The notes under the pieces were generated by a model. The model did no database searches. It was given only the letters and a program-made list of their open reading frames with translations, and was not told the DNA's origin. Shown in pieces: positions 1-12,606 of a stretch of DNA of 64,000 nt (its first letter is position 1; each line of letters opens with the position of its first letter). This stretch comes from an uncultured Verrucomicrobiae bacterium. GTDB taxonomy: Bacteria; Verrucomicrobiota; Verrucomicrobiia; Chthoniobacterales; UBA10450. The position numbers and the translations under genes are program-made. The stretch is taken from NCBI GenBank assembly GCA_963756875.1, contig CAVWPA010000003.1:1600001-1664000 (forward strand), written 5' to 3'.

Positions 1-10
1 AAATATATAT

Positions 11-892
11 ATGACCAAAGTAGTTTTAGTTTTCACATGCTGCATCGCGATGGCATCGGCGGTGTTTGCAGATCGGGATCAGCACAAAAAAAAGAATAAG
101 GACCAGGGACAAGGCCAGGGGCAGGTTCAGGGGCAGGGCCAGGGAAAAGGCCAGGGAAAAGGCCAGGGGCAAAAATTCAAGGGCCGGGGCCAGGGCCAGA
201 AGTTCAAGGGCCAGGGCCAGGGTCAGGGACAGAAGTTCAAAGGCCAGGGCCAGGGACTAAAGTTCAAGGGCCAGGGTCAGGGAAAAAAGGGAGCTAACGC
301 CCAGCACGTCGGGAAGCAGAAGGTTTACAAGTCGCAGAACTTTAAGACGGGCCTGCCGGCTGCCCAGAAGAACAAGCAGAAGTTTCAGGCAAACAAGAAG
401 GTTTACAAAGCGAAACACTTCAATCTGGCAAACAAGGTGAACCACAATATTCCCAGAGTGAAATTCGCGAAGAACTTTCACATCCAGGGCAGCCAGAACT
501 GGCAGGGCCAGAAGTATGTGGTGTTCCGGAACTATCGGCCCATGTGGCATGATCAGCTTTGGTGGACAGGCCATCACAACCGGATCGTTTTCACGTTTGG
601 CGGCTGGTATTACTGGAACTCAGGTTACTGGTATCCGGCGTGGGGATATGATCCCGGTGCCGTCTATTATTATGATGGACCGATCTACGCTTCCAATCCG
701 TCGATGGATCCCGGTCAGGTAGTCGCCAACGTCCAGTCGGCGCTGCAAGAGCAGGGCTATTACCAGGGAGACGTGGATGGAATTCTTGGGCCGCAGACAC
801 GCGCGGCCCTTGCCGACTATCAACAAAACAACGGGCTTGAGCCTACTGCGGCGGTTGATGAACCGACACTCGATTCGTTGGGCATGGGCTAA
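11..892 (+). CDS. Secreted protein with Gly/Gln/Lys low-complexity N-terminus, aromatic-rich middle and C-terminal peptidoglycan-binding domain
   Basis: Signal peptide; (GQ)n and QKFKG repeats; C-terminal VQSALQEQGYYQGDVDGILGPQTRAALADYQ is typical of PG_binding_1. Confidence 0.8.
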   Translation: MTKVVLVFTCCIAMASAVFADRDQHKKKNKDQGQGQGQVQGQGQGKGQGKGQGQKFKGRGQGQKFKGQGQGQGQKFKGQGQGLKFKGQGQGKKGANAQHVGKQKVYKSQNFKTGLPAAQKNKQKFQANKKVYKAKHFNLANKVNHNIPRVKFAKNFHIQGSQNWQGQKYVVFRNYRPMWHDQLWWTGHHNRIVFTFGGWYYWNSGYWYPAWGYDPGAVYYYDGPIYASNPSMDPGQVVANVQSALQEQGYYQGDVDGILGPQTRAALADYQQNNGLEPTAAVDEPTLDSLGMG

Positions 893-910
893 TGAACTTG
901 TGATTGTGCG

Positions 911-945
911 AAAGCCGCCCCGAAAGCCTTCGGGGCGGCTTTTTT
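911..945 (+). terminator. Rho-independent terminator
   Basis: Stem aaagccgccccgaa / ttcggggcggcttt followed by a T-run just after the stop at 892. Confidence 0.85.
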
Positions 946-1001
946 GTACGGAGATGTTTCTTTGGGACAAATCTTGCGCGATCCCGATCTTGGCGGAGTA
1001 A

Positions 1002-1670
1002 TTGTTCGTGCAACCGCAATTAGCCGGGCGTGACCTGTTTCAGTCCTTCCGGATGGGCGCGCGACGAATCGAAGTTTTGCGCGGCATCTCGATGGATGTC
1101 GCGCATGGCGAGAGCGTTTTCATTTGCGGGGCGTCCGGCGCCGGAAAGACGACGCTGCTTTACACGCTTGCCGGCTTGGAAGCGCCCCAATCGGGCACGG
1201 TGGAATTCGAGGGCCGAAATCTTTACAAAGGAAGCTCCGGTTCGCAGGCCCGCTTTCGCAACGAGAAGATGGGCTTTGTATTCCAGGGATATTTTTTGCT
1301 GCCAGAGCTTACGGCGCTGGAAAATGTTTCGCTCCCGGGAATGATCGGCCGGAAGTCGAGAATTGAGAATGCTCAAGAGAGCCTGCGTTTGGTGGGATTG
1401 GCGGACCGGATGCAGCATTTGCCCGCGGAGTTGTCCGGCGGCGAGCAACAACGCGTCGCGATTGCCCGCGCGCTGACAAACGATCCGGAAATTATTTTTG
1501 CCGACGAACCGACCGGAAATCTCGATTCAAAAACCGGAGATGCGATTATCGATCTTTTGTTGGACCTCGCGCGGGATCGCAAAAAAACGTTGCTGGTGGT
1601 GACGCACGACACGCGTCTGGCGGCGCGAGGCGACCGGCAGTTGCATATTGCGGACGGCGACTTCGTTTGA
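1002..1670 (+). CDS. ABC transporter ATP-binding protein, LolD/MacB-like
   Basis: Walker A GASGAGKT, LSGGEQQRVAIARAL, ADEPTGNLD, VVTHD. Confidence 0.9.
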   Translation: MFVQPQLAGRDLFQSFRMGARRIEVLRGISMDVAHGESVFICGASGAGKTTLLYTLAGLEAPQSGTVEFEGRNLYKGSSGSQARFRNEKMGFVFQGYFLLPELTALENVSLPGMIGRKSRIENAQESLRLVGLADRMQHLPAELSGGEQQRVAIARALTNDPEIIFADEPTGNLDSKTGDAIIDLLLDLARDRKKTLLVVTHDTRLAARGDRQLHIADGDFV

Positions 1671-1757
1671 ACCGATCCTCCTGCGAAAGCCTGGGGGCCG
1701 CCATTTCTTTTTGTCGCTTGAATTGCGCGGGAAACACCGGAGATTTTTCATGTGCCT

Positions 1758-2729
1758 ATGAAAACTGCAACTGCGGACATTGACGAAATGGTGGCGGACG
1801 AATCCAAAACGCGTGATGCAGAGAAGCGCTCACGCGCATCTTCCCCGGCGAAGGAAGCGAAAATCTATATCGACGGGAAATTCTATTCGGAAAAGGAGGC
1901 GAAGATTTCCGTTTACGACCACGGGCTGCTTTATGGCGACGGGATTTTCGAGGGCATTCGCTTTTATAACGGTCGCGTTTTTCGCTTTGAGGAACATATC
2001 GAGCGGCTTTGGGATTCGGCGCGATCGATCTGCCTCGAGATTCCAATGTCGCCCCGTGAAATGAGCGAGGCGGTGCTGGAGACGATCCGGCAGAACGATT
2101 TGCGCGATGGTTACATTCGACTGCTCGTGACTCGCGGGGTCGGCAACCTCGGTTTAAACCCGGCGCAATGTAAACGGCCGAGCGTCATCATCATTGTCGC
2201 GAAAATCGCGCTTTATCCGGAATCGGTTTACCGGAACGGGCTTACAGTGGTCACGTGCGCAACGCGGCGGACGAGCCCCAGTGCGCTGAATCCGGCGGTA
2301 AAATCGCTCAACTATTTGAACAACGTGATGGCGCGAATCGAAGCGAACCTGGCAGGCGCGGATGAAGCGCTGATGCTGAATGAAGCAGGCAACGTGGCGG
2401 AATGCACCGCCGATAATCTTTTCATCATCAAGCACGGCCAGATTTTCACGCCGCCCATTTCGGCCGGCGCCCTGCGCGGGATCACGCGGTCGATCATCCT
2501 TGAAATTGCGGCGGAGCTTGGGATTAAGGCGACTGAAGGCGACATCACACGGCACGATGTTTTCATTGCGGACGAATGTTTTCTCACGGGGACGGCGGCG
2601 GAGGTGATTCCAGTGGTCAAAGCCGACGGACGTCCGATTGGAAATGGAAAACCCGGCCCGATCAGCACGCAGATGATCGCGCGTTTTCGGGAAATGACTC
2701 GTGAGACGGGCACACCGATTTATTCGTAA
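1758..2729 (+). CDS. ilvE: Branched-chain amino acid aminotransferase
   Basis: YGDGIFEGIR, KSLNYLNN (PLP lysine), FLTGTAAEVIPV. Confidence 0.93.
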   Translation: MKTATADIDEMVADESKTRDAEKRSRASSPAKEAKIYIDGKFYSEKEAKISVYDHGLLYGDGIFEGIRFYNGRVFRFEEHIERLWDSARSICLEIPMSPREMSEAVLETIRQNDLRDGYIRLLVTRGVGNLGLNPAQCKRPSVIIIVAKIALYPESVYRNGLTVVTCATRRTSPSALNPAVKSLNYLNNVMARIEANLAGADEALMLNEAGNVAECTADNLFIIKHGQIFTPPISAGALRGITRSIILEIAAELGIKATEGDITRHDVFIADECFLTGTAAEVIPVVKADGRPIGNGKPGPISTQMIARFREMTRETGTPIYS

Positions 2730-2815
2730 AGGAAGCGGCAACAATTCGGCGCAGAAGGTGCTCGACAAAGAGCAAAGTCTGAATGTTTTGAGGCAATTCG
2801 AAGTCTAATTTAGAG

Positions 2816-3313
2816 ATGCTGTGCGACGTTTGTAAGTGCAATGATGCGACGGTTTTCCTGACCCAGATTGTGGAGGGCAAGATGCAGAAGGTGAATCTCT
2901 GCGACGCTTGCTCGAAAGAAAAAGGGGTGCAGGATCCGACGGGGTTTGCCCTGGCCGACCTGCTGCTCGGTATCGGCGCTGCTGAAGAAATCGAAAAGGG
3001 CGCGCCGATGCAAAAGTGCCCGGTCTGTGGCTTTACGCAGGCAGATTTCAAGAAAACCGGCCGGCTCGGATGCAGCAGCTGCTACGCTACCTTCGCGGAG
3101 GGACTCAATGGTTTGCTCAAGGCAATGCATAAAGGTACCGAGCACGTTGGCAAAGTGCCGATACGCGCGCGGCGCGCCGTCGAGCTAAACGATCGCATGC
3201 GCAGCCTGAACGAGAATCTACAAAAGGCGGTTGCGGAGGAAAATTACGAGACGGCCGCGTCGTTGCGAGACCAGATCAAGCAACTGGAAAGCGAGCTGGC
3301 TGCTTCGCCATGA
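2816..3313 (+). CDS. mcsA: McsA activator of protein arginine kinase (CxxC pairs plus UVR motif)
   Basis: Four CxxC motifs, GRLGC, C-terminal ENYETAASLRDQIK; directly upstream of mcsB-clpC. Confidence 0.9.
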   Translation: MLCDVCKCNDATVFLTQIVEGKMQKVNLCDACSKEKGVQDPTGFALADLLLGIGAAEEIEKGAPMQKCPVCGFTQADFKKTGRLGCSSCYATFAEGLNGLLKAMHKGTEHVGKVPIRARRAVELNDRMRSLNENLQKAVAEENYETAASLRDQIKQLESELAASP

Positions 3314-4426
3314 AATTTTCAAACGTCACTTCCAATGCCGGCGAGTGGCTTCGCGGCGAAGGGCCGCATCACCAGATTGTGATCAGTAGCCGGGTGCGGC
3401 TCGCGCGGAATCTGCGTAATCGCGCTTTTCCGGGCTGGGCGAAAAAGGCCGAGCGCACTGCGATTCTGGAGCTGATCAAGGCTCGCGTGGAGGGTCTTCC
3501 CGAGATGCAAGACGCGTTTTCAGAAGTGTTACAGGAACTTTCCCCGCTGGAAAAACAAGTCCTTGTTGAACGGCATCTCATCAGCCGGGAACACGCGGCC
3601 AAAGGTGGAGGCAGTGCCGTGGTGATGAATCGACGCCAGACATTGAGCCTGATGATTAACGAGGAAGATCATCTTCGCATGCAGGCGATCCGCTCCGGGT
3701 TACAGTTGAAGCAGGCCTTTAAACTCGTGGACAAGATCGACACGGCCCTGGAGAACCAGCTGGAATTCGCCTACGATCCGCGGCTTGGATATTTGACCGC
3801 ATGCCCCACAAACGTGGGCACGGGAATGCGCGCTTCCGCCATGTTGCATTTGCCCGGCCTTGTCCTGAGCGAACTGATCAATCAAGTGATCCAGGCGGTG
3901 AGCAAGATCGGCCTCGCGGTTCGCGGCCTTTACGGTGAAGGGACCGAAGCCATGGGCAATCTTTTCCAGATCTCCAATCAAACCACGCTTGGCGACAAAG
4001 AGGAGGACATCATCAACCGGCTTACCAAAGTGGTTGAGACAATCATCGGCAAGGAACATGACGCCCGCCAGGTTTTGATCCAGAAGAAGTCGAGCACGCT
4101 TTCGGACCAGATCGGGCGCGCCTATGGCGTATTGACCTTTGCGCACGCCATGACTTCAAAAGAGGCGCTCAATTTGCTTTCGATCATCAAGCTCGGCGTC
4201 GATTTGGGCGCATTTCCGGAAGACCGGCGTCTGCCTATCGATGAACTGTTCATCGATACGCAGCCTGCGCATCTGCAGAAAAGCTCGCAGCAAAAATTAA
4301 ACGCCGAGGAGCGCGATCATCTTCGCGCCCAAATTATCCGCGAGCGTTTGAAACTCTTCCCTAAACCTGATATTGGTAGACTGGTGACGGAGTCGGGGAA
4401 CGGCTCGACTGCGAAGCCATCGAATA

Positions 4427-4434
<8 letters not shown>
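3310..4434 (+). CDS. mcsB: Protein arginine kinase
   Basis: SSRVRLARN, NEEDHLR, LTACPTNVGTG guanido-kinase motifs. Confidence 0.93.
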
Positions 4435-6895
<2,461 letters not shown>

Positions 6896-6914
6896 ACGTC
6901 GCCGGAAATCGGAA

Positions 6915-7823
6915 TCAGGCGCGCGGATGCGCCTGAGTGTAGGCTTTCTTCAGGCGCTCGACCGTGACATGCGTGTAAATCTGCGTCGTCGATAAACTGG
7001 CATGGCCGAGCAGGGCCTGCACGCTGCGCAAATCGGCGCCACGGTCGAGCATGTGCGTCGCAAAACTGTGCCTCAACTTGTGAGGACTGATCGAGATCGG
7101 AATCGATGTGTGCCGCAAGTATCGCTTCAAAATGAGCCAGATTGAGCGTGTTGAGATCCGTTTTCGGCGGCTACTAATGAACAGCGGTCCCGCATGGACG
7201 TTCGCGGCTGCGCGGTAGCGCTGGATCGCGTCCAGCGCCGGCGCGCCCACCGGGCAAACGCGCTCTTTTCGGCCCTTGCCAAAAACCCGGACCGACTCCG
7301 TGTAAAGATCGACATCGGCTACATCGAGGGCCGTCAGTTCGCTCAATCGCAGACCGCTCGAGTAAAAGAGCTCCATGATTGCGACGTCTCGCAACGGCAT
7401 CCAAACCGGAGCGGCGCGATTTTTCGGGACCTTCAGCGGAGCAGCCAGCAACTCTTCGATCTGCTGACGAGTGAGGACGAGTGGAAGTTTTTTGCCGGTC
7501 TTCGGCAATTGCACCTCGCGAACCGGATCGTGCCGAAGTTTTTTCCGCTCCATAAGGAATCGGTAAAAACTGCGCAGCGCGGAGAATTGCAATCGAACGT
7601 ACGATCTCGCCTGCTCCCGCTTCATGAGCGCAAACAGATAATTGCGGAAATCGTCCGGCCTGCATTTTTTCCACGGTGTTTTGTTTTGCGCGCGAAAGGC
7701 TGCCAGGGATTCGCGATAGGCTTTCAGCGTGCGCGGCGAGGCGTTCTTTTCGACGGCGAGATGACGCAGGAACTCTTCGGCCAACGGATCGCGATCCGCC
7801 GACGTTCGAGTAGTCCGTGTCAT
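6915..7823 (-). CDS. xerC: Tyrosine recombinase XerC/XerD family
   Basis: SGLRLSE, GKGRKER, HKLRHSFATH, LLGHASLSTTQIYTH; start placed at the ATG at 7823 because the upstream ORF extension runs through a repeat. Confidence 0.85.
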   Translation of the reverse strand: MTRTTRTSADRDPLAEEFLRHLAVEKNASPRTLKAYRESLAAFRAQNKTPWKKCRPDDFRNYLFALMKREQARSYVRLQFSALRSFYRFLMERKKLRHDPVREVQLPKTGKKLPLVLTRQQIEELLAAPLKVPKNRAAPVWMPLRDVAIMELFYSSGLRLSELTALDVADVDLYTESVRVFGKGRKERVCPVGAPALDAIQRYRAAANVHAGPLFISSRRKRISTRSIWLILKRYLRHTSIPISISPHKLRHSFATHMLDRGADLRSVQALLGHASLSTTQIYTHVTVERLKKAYTQAHPRA

Positions 7824-7825
7824 CG

Positions 7826-7957
7826 AAAATGACGAAGCACCAATGACGAAGGAAGAAGGAATCTCGAAATCCGAATGAGGAAGTGACCCCGATAATGTGG
7901 GCACGCGGCTGGAATTCGTGCTTCAAACTTCGTCATTGATTTGTCATTCGTCATTCC
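7826..7957. repeat. Imperfect inverted arrays of short tandem repeats (AATGACGA-type / TCGTCATT-type)
   Basis: aatgacgaagcaccaatgacgaa...tccgaatgagg versus cttcgtcattgatttgtcattcgtcattcct. Confidence 0.6.
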
Positions 7958-7959
7958 TC

Positions 7960-8454
7960 TCACTCCGGCTTCTCGATGGTAAATCGCGTCTGCGCTGCGT
8001 TGGCGGTTCCGCTGATCTGGCTCTTGAAAATCGGCGGTGGATTGGTTGAGAGCAATTCGTAGCCCTTCAACACGAATTCCGGGTAGATGGTATTACTGGC
8101 CGGCTCGTAGACCTTGTCGCCGCTAAAGTGGCCATAAAGTTTGTATTCGTAGTTGTTGTCGGCGCCGAATTTCAGTTCCGCGCGGTCCGGGGCCAGTTTG
8201 TGTTGCTCATTCAACATGACCAGGACGGCGGAGCTCCATGGCTGACCGGGGCGCCGCACGTAGCCCCAAAATTTGAAATCGGGTTTGTAATAACGCCGGC
8301 CGATAAAGTAATCGCCGGGAGGCTCGGCCGCGATCCGTTGCGCCATTTGGTTTCTGGCCTGCTGAATCCCTTGCGGAACGGTCTCGCAGCTTGCCAGGAA
8401 AAAGAGACCGGTCGCTATTTCGACCGCCAAAAAGAACCGAATAACCCGTTTCAT
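7960..8454 (-). CDS. Hypothetical lipoprotein
   Basis: Lipobox-like LASC after a hydrophobic segment; 164-aa ORF. Confidence 0.7.
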   Translation of the reverse strand: MKRVIRFFLAVEIATGLFFLASCETVPQGIQQARNQMAQRIAAEPPGDYFIGRRYYKPDFKFWGYVRRPGQPWSSAVLVMLNEQHKLAPDRAELKFGADNNYEYKLYGHFSGDKVYEPASNTIYPEFVLKGYELLSTNPPPIFKSQISGTANAAQTRFTIEKPE

Positions 8455-8616
8455 TTTAAAATTGATAATCCCAAGGATCGACTTCTACTCAGGTCTACGT
8501 TCCGTGCAACAATGAGACAGAGCAAGTTCGAGCGCTAAAACGCGTCCCGCTCCTGGTTATGAGATGCATTCTAAGGCGTTGCATCGTTGCATCGAGTTCG
8601 TAAAGTCCCGCCAACA

Positions 8617-8880
8617 ATGATCGAATTGGAAGTTTACGCGGCGGGGCTGCGCGATCTGAATAAAATCCTGGAACTGGACCACCAGCTCGAGGCCATTGCG
8701 GGGCTTCGCTACAAGGTCGACCGCAATCATGATCTCGTTTATCTGGAGGTTGACGAGCCCACTATCACCCTGCGCGAAATTCGGGCCATCTTTCGCAAGC
8801 TGAACCTCGATCCGCGTTTCATCGGCGCCGTTCCCTCTGAGCTGCGTCCGAAAACAAAAACGCAGCCGCTAAGCGTCTGA
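8617..8880 (+). CDS. Small hypothetical protein, possibly HMA-like fold without CxxC
   Basis: ORF from the ATG at 8617; alternating strand/helix pattern. Confidence 0.55.
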   Translation: MIELEVYAAGLRDLNKILELDHQLEAIAGLRYKVDRNHDLVYLEVDEPTITLREIRAIFRKLNLDPRFIGAVPSELRPKTKTQPLSV

Positions 8881-8976
8881 AGGGAGGACGCGCCATTTTC
8901 GAAAGGGAAAGTGTGATGCGCGATTGGTGAATCGTTGCGGGATTGCTCGCCGTCCGGACACCAATCACCCGAACGA

Positions 8977-9774
8977 ATGATCGTCCGATTGTTCAACTGG
9001 CTGGGGGGAGGGATCCTGTCTGTCTTTCAGTACCTGGGCGAGGTCGTTCTGCTCGCGGCCGACACATTCCGTTCTCTGTTTACGCGCAAACTGCGCTGGA
9101 AATTGTTTCTGACTCAGGTCGTCGAGATTGGATTGCTTTCCCAGGTCGTGGTTGCCATCACCGGTTGCTTTACCGGTGCGGTTTTTGCCGCGCAAAGTTA
9201 TTTCCAATTCAACAAGCTCGGAATGGGATCGGCGGTTGGCGCGCTTGTTTCAGTTTCGCTTTTCCGCGAACTCGGTCCGGTGCTGACCGGACTGATGGTG
9301 ACCGGTCGCGTGGGCGCGGCGATGTCTGCCGAGATCGGCACCATGAAAGTGACCGAGCAAATCGATGCGCTTCGTGCGCTTGCCGTTTATCCGGTTGATT
9401 ATCTGGTCGTGCCGCGCGCGCTGGCCATGATGGTGTCGATGCCGTTGCTGGTGACGGAATGCATCGGTTTCGGAATTGCGGCCGGATATTTCGTCGCGGT
9501 CCATGTTCTTGGGATCAACGGAACCTATTATGTGGCGAACATGGTCCGCTGGACGCACTCGCGGGACATTATCATGGGGCTGAGCAAAGCGGTTTGCTTC
9601 GGGGTGCTCATCGTCTTCATCAGTTGCCACAAAGGCCTTACCGCGCGCGAAGGCGCGGTCGGCGTCGGACGGGCTACTACAGAGGCAGTGGTGAATGGTT
9701 CGTTGGCCATTCTCATTTTCAATTTTTTCATGACCATGTTTCTTAATATTGTTTACCCGGCCGGTTACCAATGA
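8977..9774 (+). CDS. mlaE: MlaE-family ABC permease
   Basis: RELGPVLTGLMVTGRVGAAMSAEIGTMKVTEQIDAL, GAVGVGRATT. Confidence 0.92.
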   Translation: MIVRLFNWLGGGILSVFQYLGEVVLLAADTFRSLFTRKLRWKLFLTQVVEIGLLSQVVVAITGCFTGAVFAAQSYFQFNKLGMGSAVGALVSVSLFRELGPVLTGLMVTGRVGAAMSAEIGTMKVTEQIDALRALAVYPVDYLVVPRALAMMVSMPLLVTECIGFGIAAGYFVAVHVLGINGTYYVANMVRWTHSRDIIMGLSKAVCFGVLIVFISCHKGLTAREGAVGVGRATTEAVVNGSLAILIFNFFMTMFLNIVYPAGYQ

Positions 9775-9805
9775 GCGGGAAAATCGAACAACGAAATAAC
9801 GGGAT

Positions 9806-10615
9806 ATGATCGAAACTCCAAGAACTGAGGCGGAGTCTCCCCCGGCGAGCAACGGCTCTTCGGCCATGATCGCCGTGCGCCGCCTGATCAAGAAAATTGG
9901 CGGCCAGGAAGTCTTGCGGGCGATCGATCTGGACGTCGCGGTGGGCGAGACCCTTGCGATTATCGGCCGGAGCGGAGGCGGCAAAACTGTGCTGCTCAAA
10001 CACTTGATCGGATTGATGCGGCCGGATGCCGGCGAGATTCGGATCGACGGGCAGGATATCATTGGGCTGAGCGAGCGGGAACTGGCGCCGATCCGTGAAA
10101 AAGTCGGTATCCTTTTCCAGGGGGCGGCGTTGTTCGATTCAATGACCGTGGAGGAAAACATTGCCTTCCCGTTGCGAGAGGCCGGCGAACGCGACCCAAA
10201 CATCATCCGGGAAAAAGTGCGTCAGATGCTCGAAGTGATGGAATTGGAAGGACAGGAGGAAAAAATGCCGGTGAATTTGAGCGGCGGAATGAAGAAGCGG
10301 GTCGGTCTGGCTCGCGCCATTGTTCGGCGCCCATCCTGTATTCTTTACGACGAACCGACTTCGGGGCTCGATCCAGTCGTTTCGGATTCCATCAATCGGT
10401 TGATGCGCCGCCTGCAGCAGCGCTTCGGCGTTACCAGCGTCGTTGTAACACACGACATGAAAAGTGCGTTTCACGTGGCCGATCGCATCGCCTATCTGCA
10501 CGAGGGCCGGATCTATTTCCACGGGACACCGGTCGAACTGCGCGAGTCGCCCGATTCTGTGCTCCAGGATTTCCTGCTAGGCCGTTCCGAGGAACAGTTG
10601 AGAGTTGGGAGCTGA
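9806..10615 (+). CDS. mlaF: MlaF/Mkl-family ABC ATPase
   Basis: GRSGGGKT, LSGGMKKRVGLARA, YDEPTSGLDP; lies between mlaE and mlaD. Confidence 0.9.
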   Translation: MIETPRTEAESPPASNGSSAMIAVRRLIKKIGGQEVLRAIDLDVAVGETLAIIGRSGGGKTVLLKHLIGLMRPDAGEIRIDGQDIIGLSERELAPIREKVGILFQGAALFDSMTVEENIAFPLREAGERDPNIIREKVRQMLEVMELEGQEEKMPVNLSGGMKKRVGLARAIVRRPSCILYDEPTSGLDPVVSDSINRLMRRLQQRFGVTSVVVTHDMKSAFHVADRIAYLHEGRIYFHGTPVELRESPDSVLQDFLLGRSEEQLRVGS

Positions 10616-10634
10616 CAGTTGACAGTGAGAATCA

Positions 10635-11525
10635 ATGAACCGGCACGAGCGAGGTTTGGAATTTAAAGTCGGCATCTTCGTCTTTGTCGGACTGGCAATC
10701 CTGGCTGCTCTCGTCGTCGAATTCAGCAGGCTGGGCGAAGGCTTCAAGACCTATTATCAGATTACTGTCCAGTTTACCGATGCCAGCGGACTGCTGAAGG
10801 GTTCGGATGTGTTGCTGGCAGGCGCCAAGATTGGTCACGTGTCCGGCGGACCGCACCTGGTGCGCGAAGGTCAGGGCGTAGCGGTGCCCCTGCGTATTTA
10901 TGATTACGTGAAAGTTCCAAAAGACAGCAAGTTTGCGGTGGGAAGTTCCGGCCTGCTCGGCGACCGGTTTGTTAGCGTCACGATGCCGCCCGGGGAACCG
11001 AAGGCGTTTCTGCCTCACGACGCTTACGTGAAGGGCACCCGTGAAACTGGCATTAGCGATCTTACTAAGAAGGGAGGCAATCTCGTCGACGATCTTCGCG
11101 GGACGGTGCAAAAGGTGGATACGACCGTGACGCGGTTGAACGACGACGTTCTTTCGTCCGCAAACACGGAAAATCTGAAACTAAGCATGGAACATTTGAA
11201 CCAGGCCACCGGCGCCCTGGCCGAATCGTCGAAGAAACTGGACAGTGTAATTGGGAAAGCCGATTCCACGATGGATTCCGCAAAGAAAGCGGCGGACGAT
11301 CTGCAGGACGCGATTACCGAGGCGAAAAAGACGATTGAAACCGTCACTCAGGGGAAAGGGGCGCTAGCTGCCCTGCTGACCGACCAGAAGCTGGCGAACG
11401 ATCTTCGGGCTCTAATAAGTAACCTGCGAGCACACGGTGTGCTTTTCTATCGGGATAAGGCACCTGAAAATGCTATGAAACAGCCTGGAAAACCCGCACG
11501 CCAGCCCCGGGGGCGATCTCGATGA
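10635..11525 (+). CDS. mlaD: MCE/MlaD-domain protein with helical extension
   Basis: N-terminal TM, GLLKGSDVLLAGAKIGHV, GLLGDRFV. Confidence 0.88.
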   Translation: MNRHERGLEFKVGIFVFVGLAILAALVVEFSRLGEGFKTYYQITVQFTDASGLLKGSDVLLAGAKIGHVSGGPHLVREGQGVAVPLRIYDYVKVPKDSKFAVGSSGLLGDRFVSVTMPPGEPKAFLPHDAYVKGTRETGISDLTKKGGNLVDDLRGTVQKVDTTVTRLNDDVLSSANTENLKLSMEHLNQATGALAESSKKLDSVIGKADSTMDSAKKAADDLQDAITEAKKTIETVTQGKGALAALLTDQKLANDLRALISNLRAHGVLFYRDKAPENAMKQPGKPARQPRGRSR

Positions 11526-12565
11526 CACCGCAATTGACCGTTAATTTACTGCGTACGCTGTTTGTCACGTTTACTGCGACGGTCGGCGCCCTCATTTCGG
11601 GAGAACTGGAGGGCACCCCCTGGCCCGGGGTCGTGCTCGGCCTGCTTCTGGGCCTGATTGTGGTTTTGATCGACCGGTTGCTCAAAGGATTTTCGCTGCG
11701 CCTGTTTTCATCGGCGACTTTTGGGCTTTTGCTTGGACTGATTTTCGCCAATCTGCTGCTGGCTTCGGATGTCCTGCATTATCAGCCGGAGACCGCGCAA
11801 TGGGTGGTTCGGCTTATCGTTTACTGCACGTTTGCTTATCTCGGCATGATGCTGGCGATGCGGAGCAGCCGTGACGAATTCTCGCTGATCATTCCGTATG
11901 TGCGCTTCGCCCGGGAAACGACGCAACATGAACCGCTGGTCCTCGATACCAGCGTCATTATCGACGGCCGGATCGCCGAACTTTGCGCAACCGGTTTTCT
12001 CAGCCAGTCGCTGATTGTGCCGCGATTTATCCTCGGCGAACTGCAAACCCTGGCCGATTCGCGTGATCCGATCAAACGCGAGCGCGGTCGTCGGGGTCTT
12101 GAGATGCTGAACGGTCTCCAGCGTTCACGCGATGTAGAGTTGACGATCCACGAAAGCACAAGCGAGGAAGGCGCTGAAGTGGGTGCGGACGCGCGTCTGG
12201 TGCGTACAGCCAAGGTGTTACAAGCGCGGCTGTTGACGAACGACCATGCGCTTTCGCAGGTAGCACGGCTGCAACAGGTGCCGGTCCTGAATTTGAGCGA
12301 CCTTACACGCGCGCTGCGGCCGTCGGTGGTCGCCGGCGACGAGCTCGAACTGGCGTTGGTAAAGGAGGGCCGCGAACAACATCAGGCGGTCGGGTACCTC
12401 GCAGACGGCACAATGATCGTCGTGAACCATGCGCGGCCTCATGTCGGCAAGACAGTCAAGGTTGCCGTCGCGAGCGCTTTGCAAACCGGCGCCGGCCGGC
12501 TCATTTTCGCCGAGCTCAAAGGCGAACCTTTCGCCCGGCCCGTTCTCGCGCGGCAGTCAGCCTGA
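11522..12565 (+). CDS. Membrane PIN/TRAM-domain protein (YacL-like)
   Basis: Four TMs, LDTSVIIDGRI, RGRRGL, GYLADGTMIVV, LQTGAGRLIFA. Confidence 0.9.
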   Translation: MTPQLTVNLLRTLFVTFTATVGALISGELEGTPWPGVVLGLLLGLIVVLIDRLLKGFSLRLFSSATFGLLLGLIFANLLLASDVLHYQPETAQWVVRLIVYCTFAYLGMMLAMRSSRDEFSLIIPYVRFARETTQHEPLVLDTSVIIDGRIAELCATGFLSQSLIVPRFILGELQTLADSRDPIKRERGRRGLEMLNGLQRSRDVELTIHESTSEEGAEVGADARLVRTAKVLQARLLTNDHALSQVARLQQVPVLNLSDLTRALRPSVVAGDELELALVKEGREQHQAVGYLADGTMIVVNHARPHVGKTVKVAVASALQTGAGRLIFAELKGEPFARPVLARQSA

Positions 12566-12606
12566 TTCCGGAACCACGCGCGTTCCGCCTTCCGCCGGGC
12601 GAGTCG

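Noticed and set aside
6915..7823. Tyrosine recombinase as a prophage or island integrase
   Set aside because: Size and motifs fit housekeeping XerC/D, the neighbours are core genes, and no att repeats or phage genes were seen.
8557..8573. ttatgagatgcattcta resembling the right end of the 61350 MITE
   Set aside because: It is a single short partial match with no partner end found, too weak to call an element.
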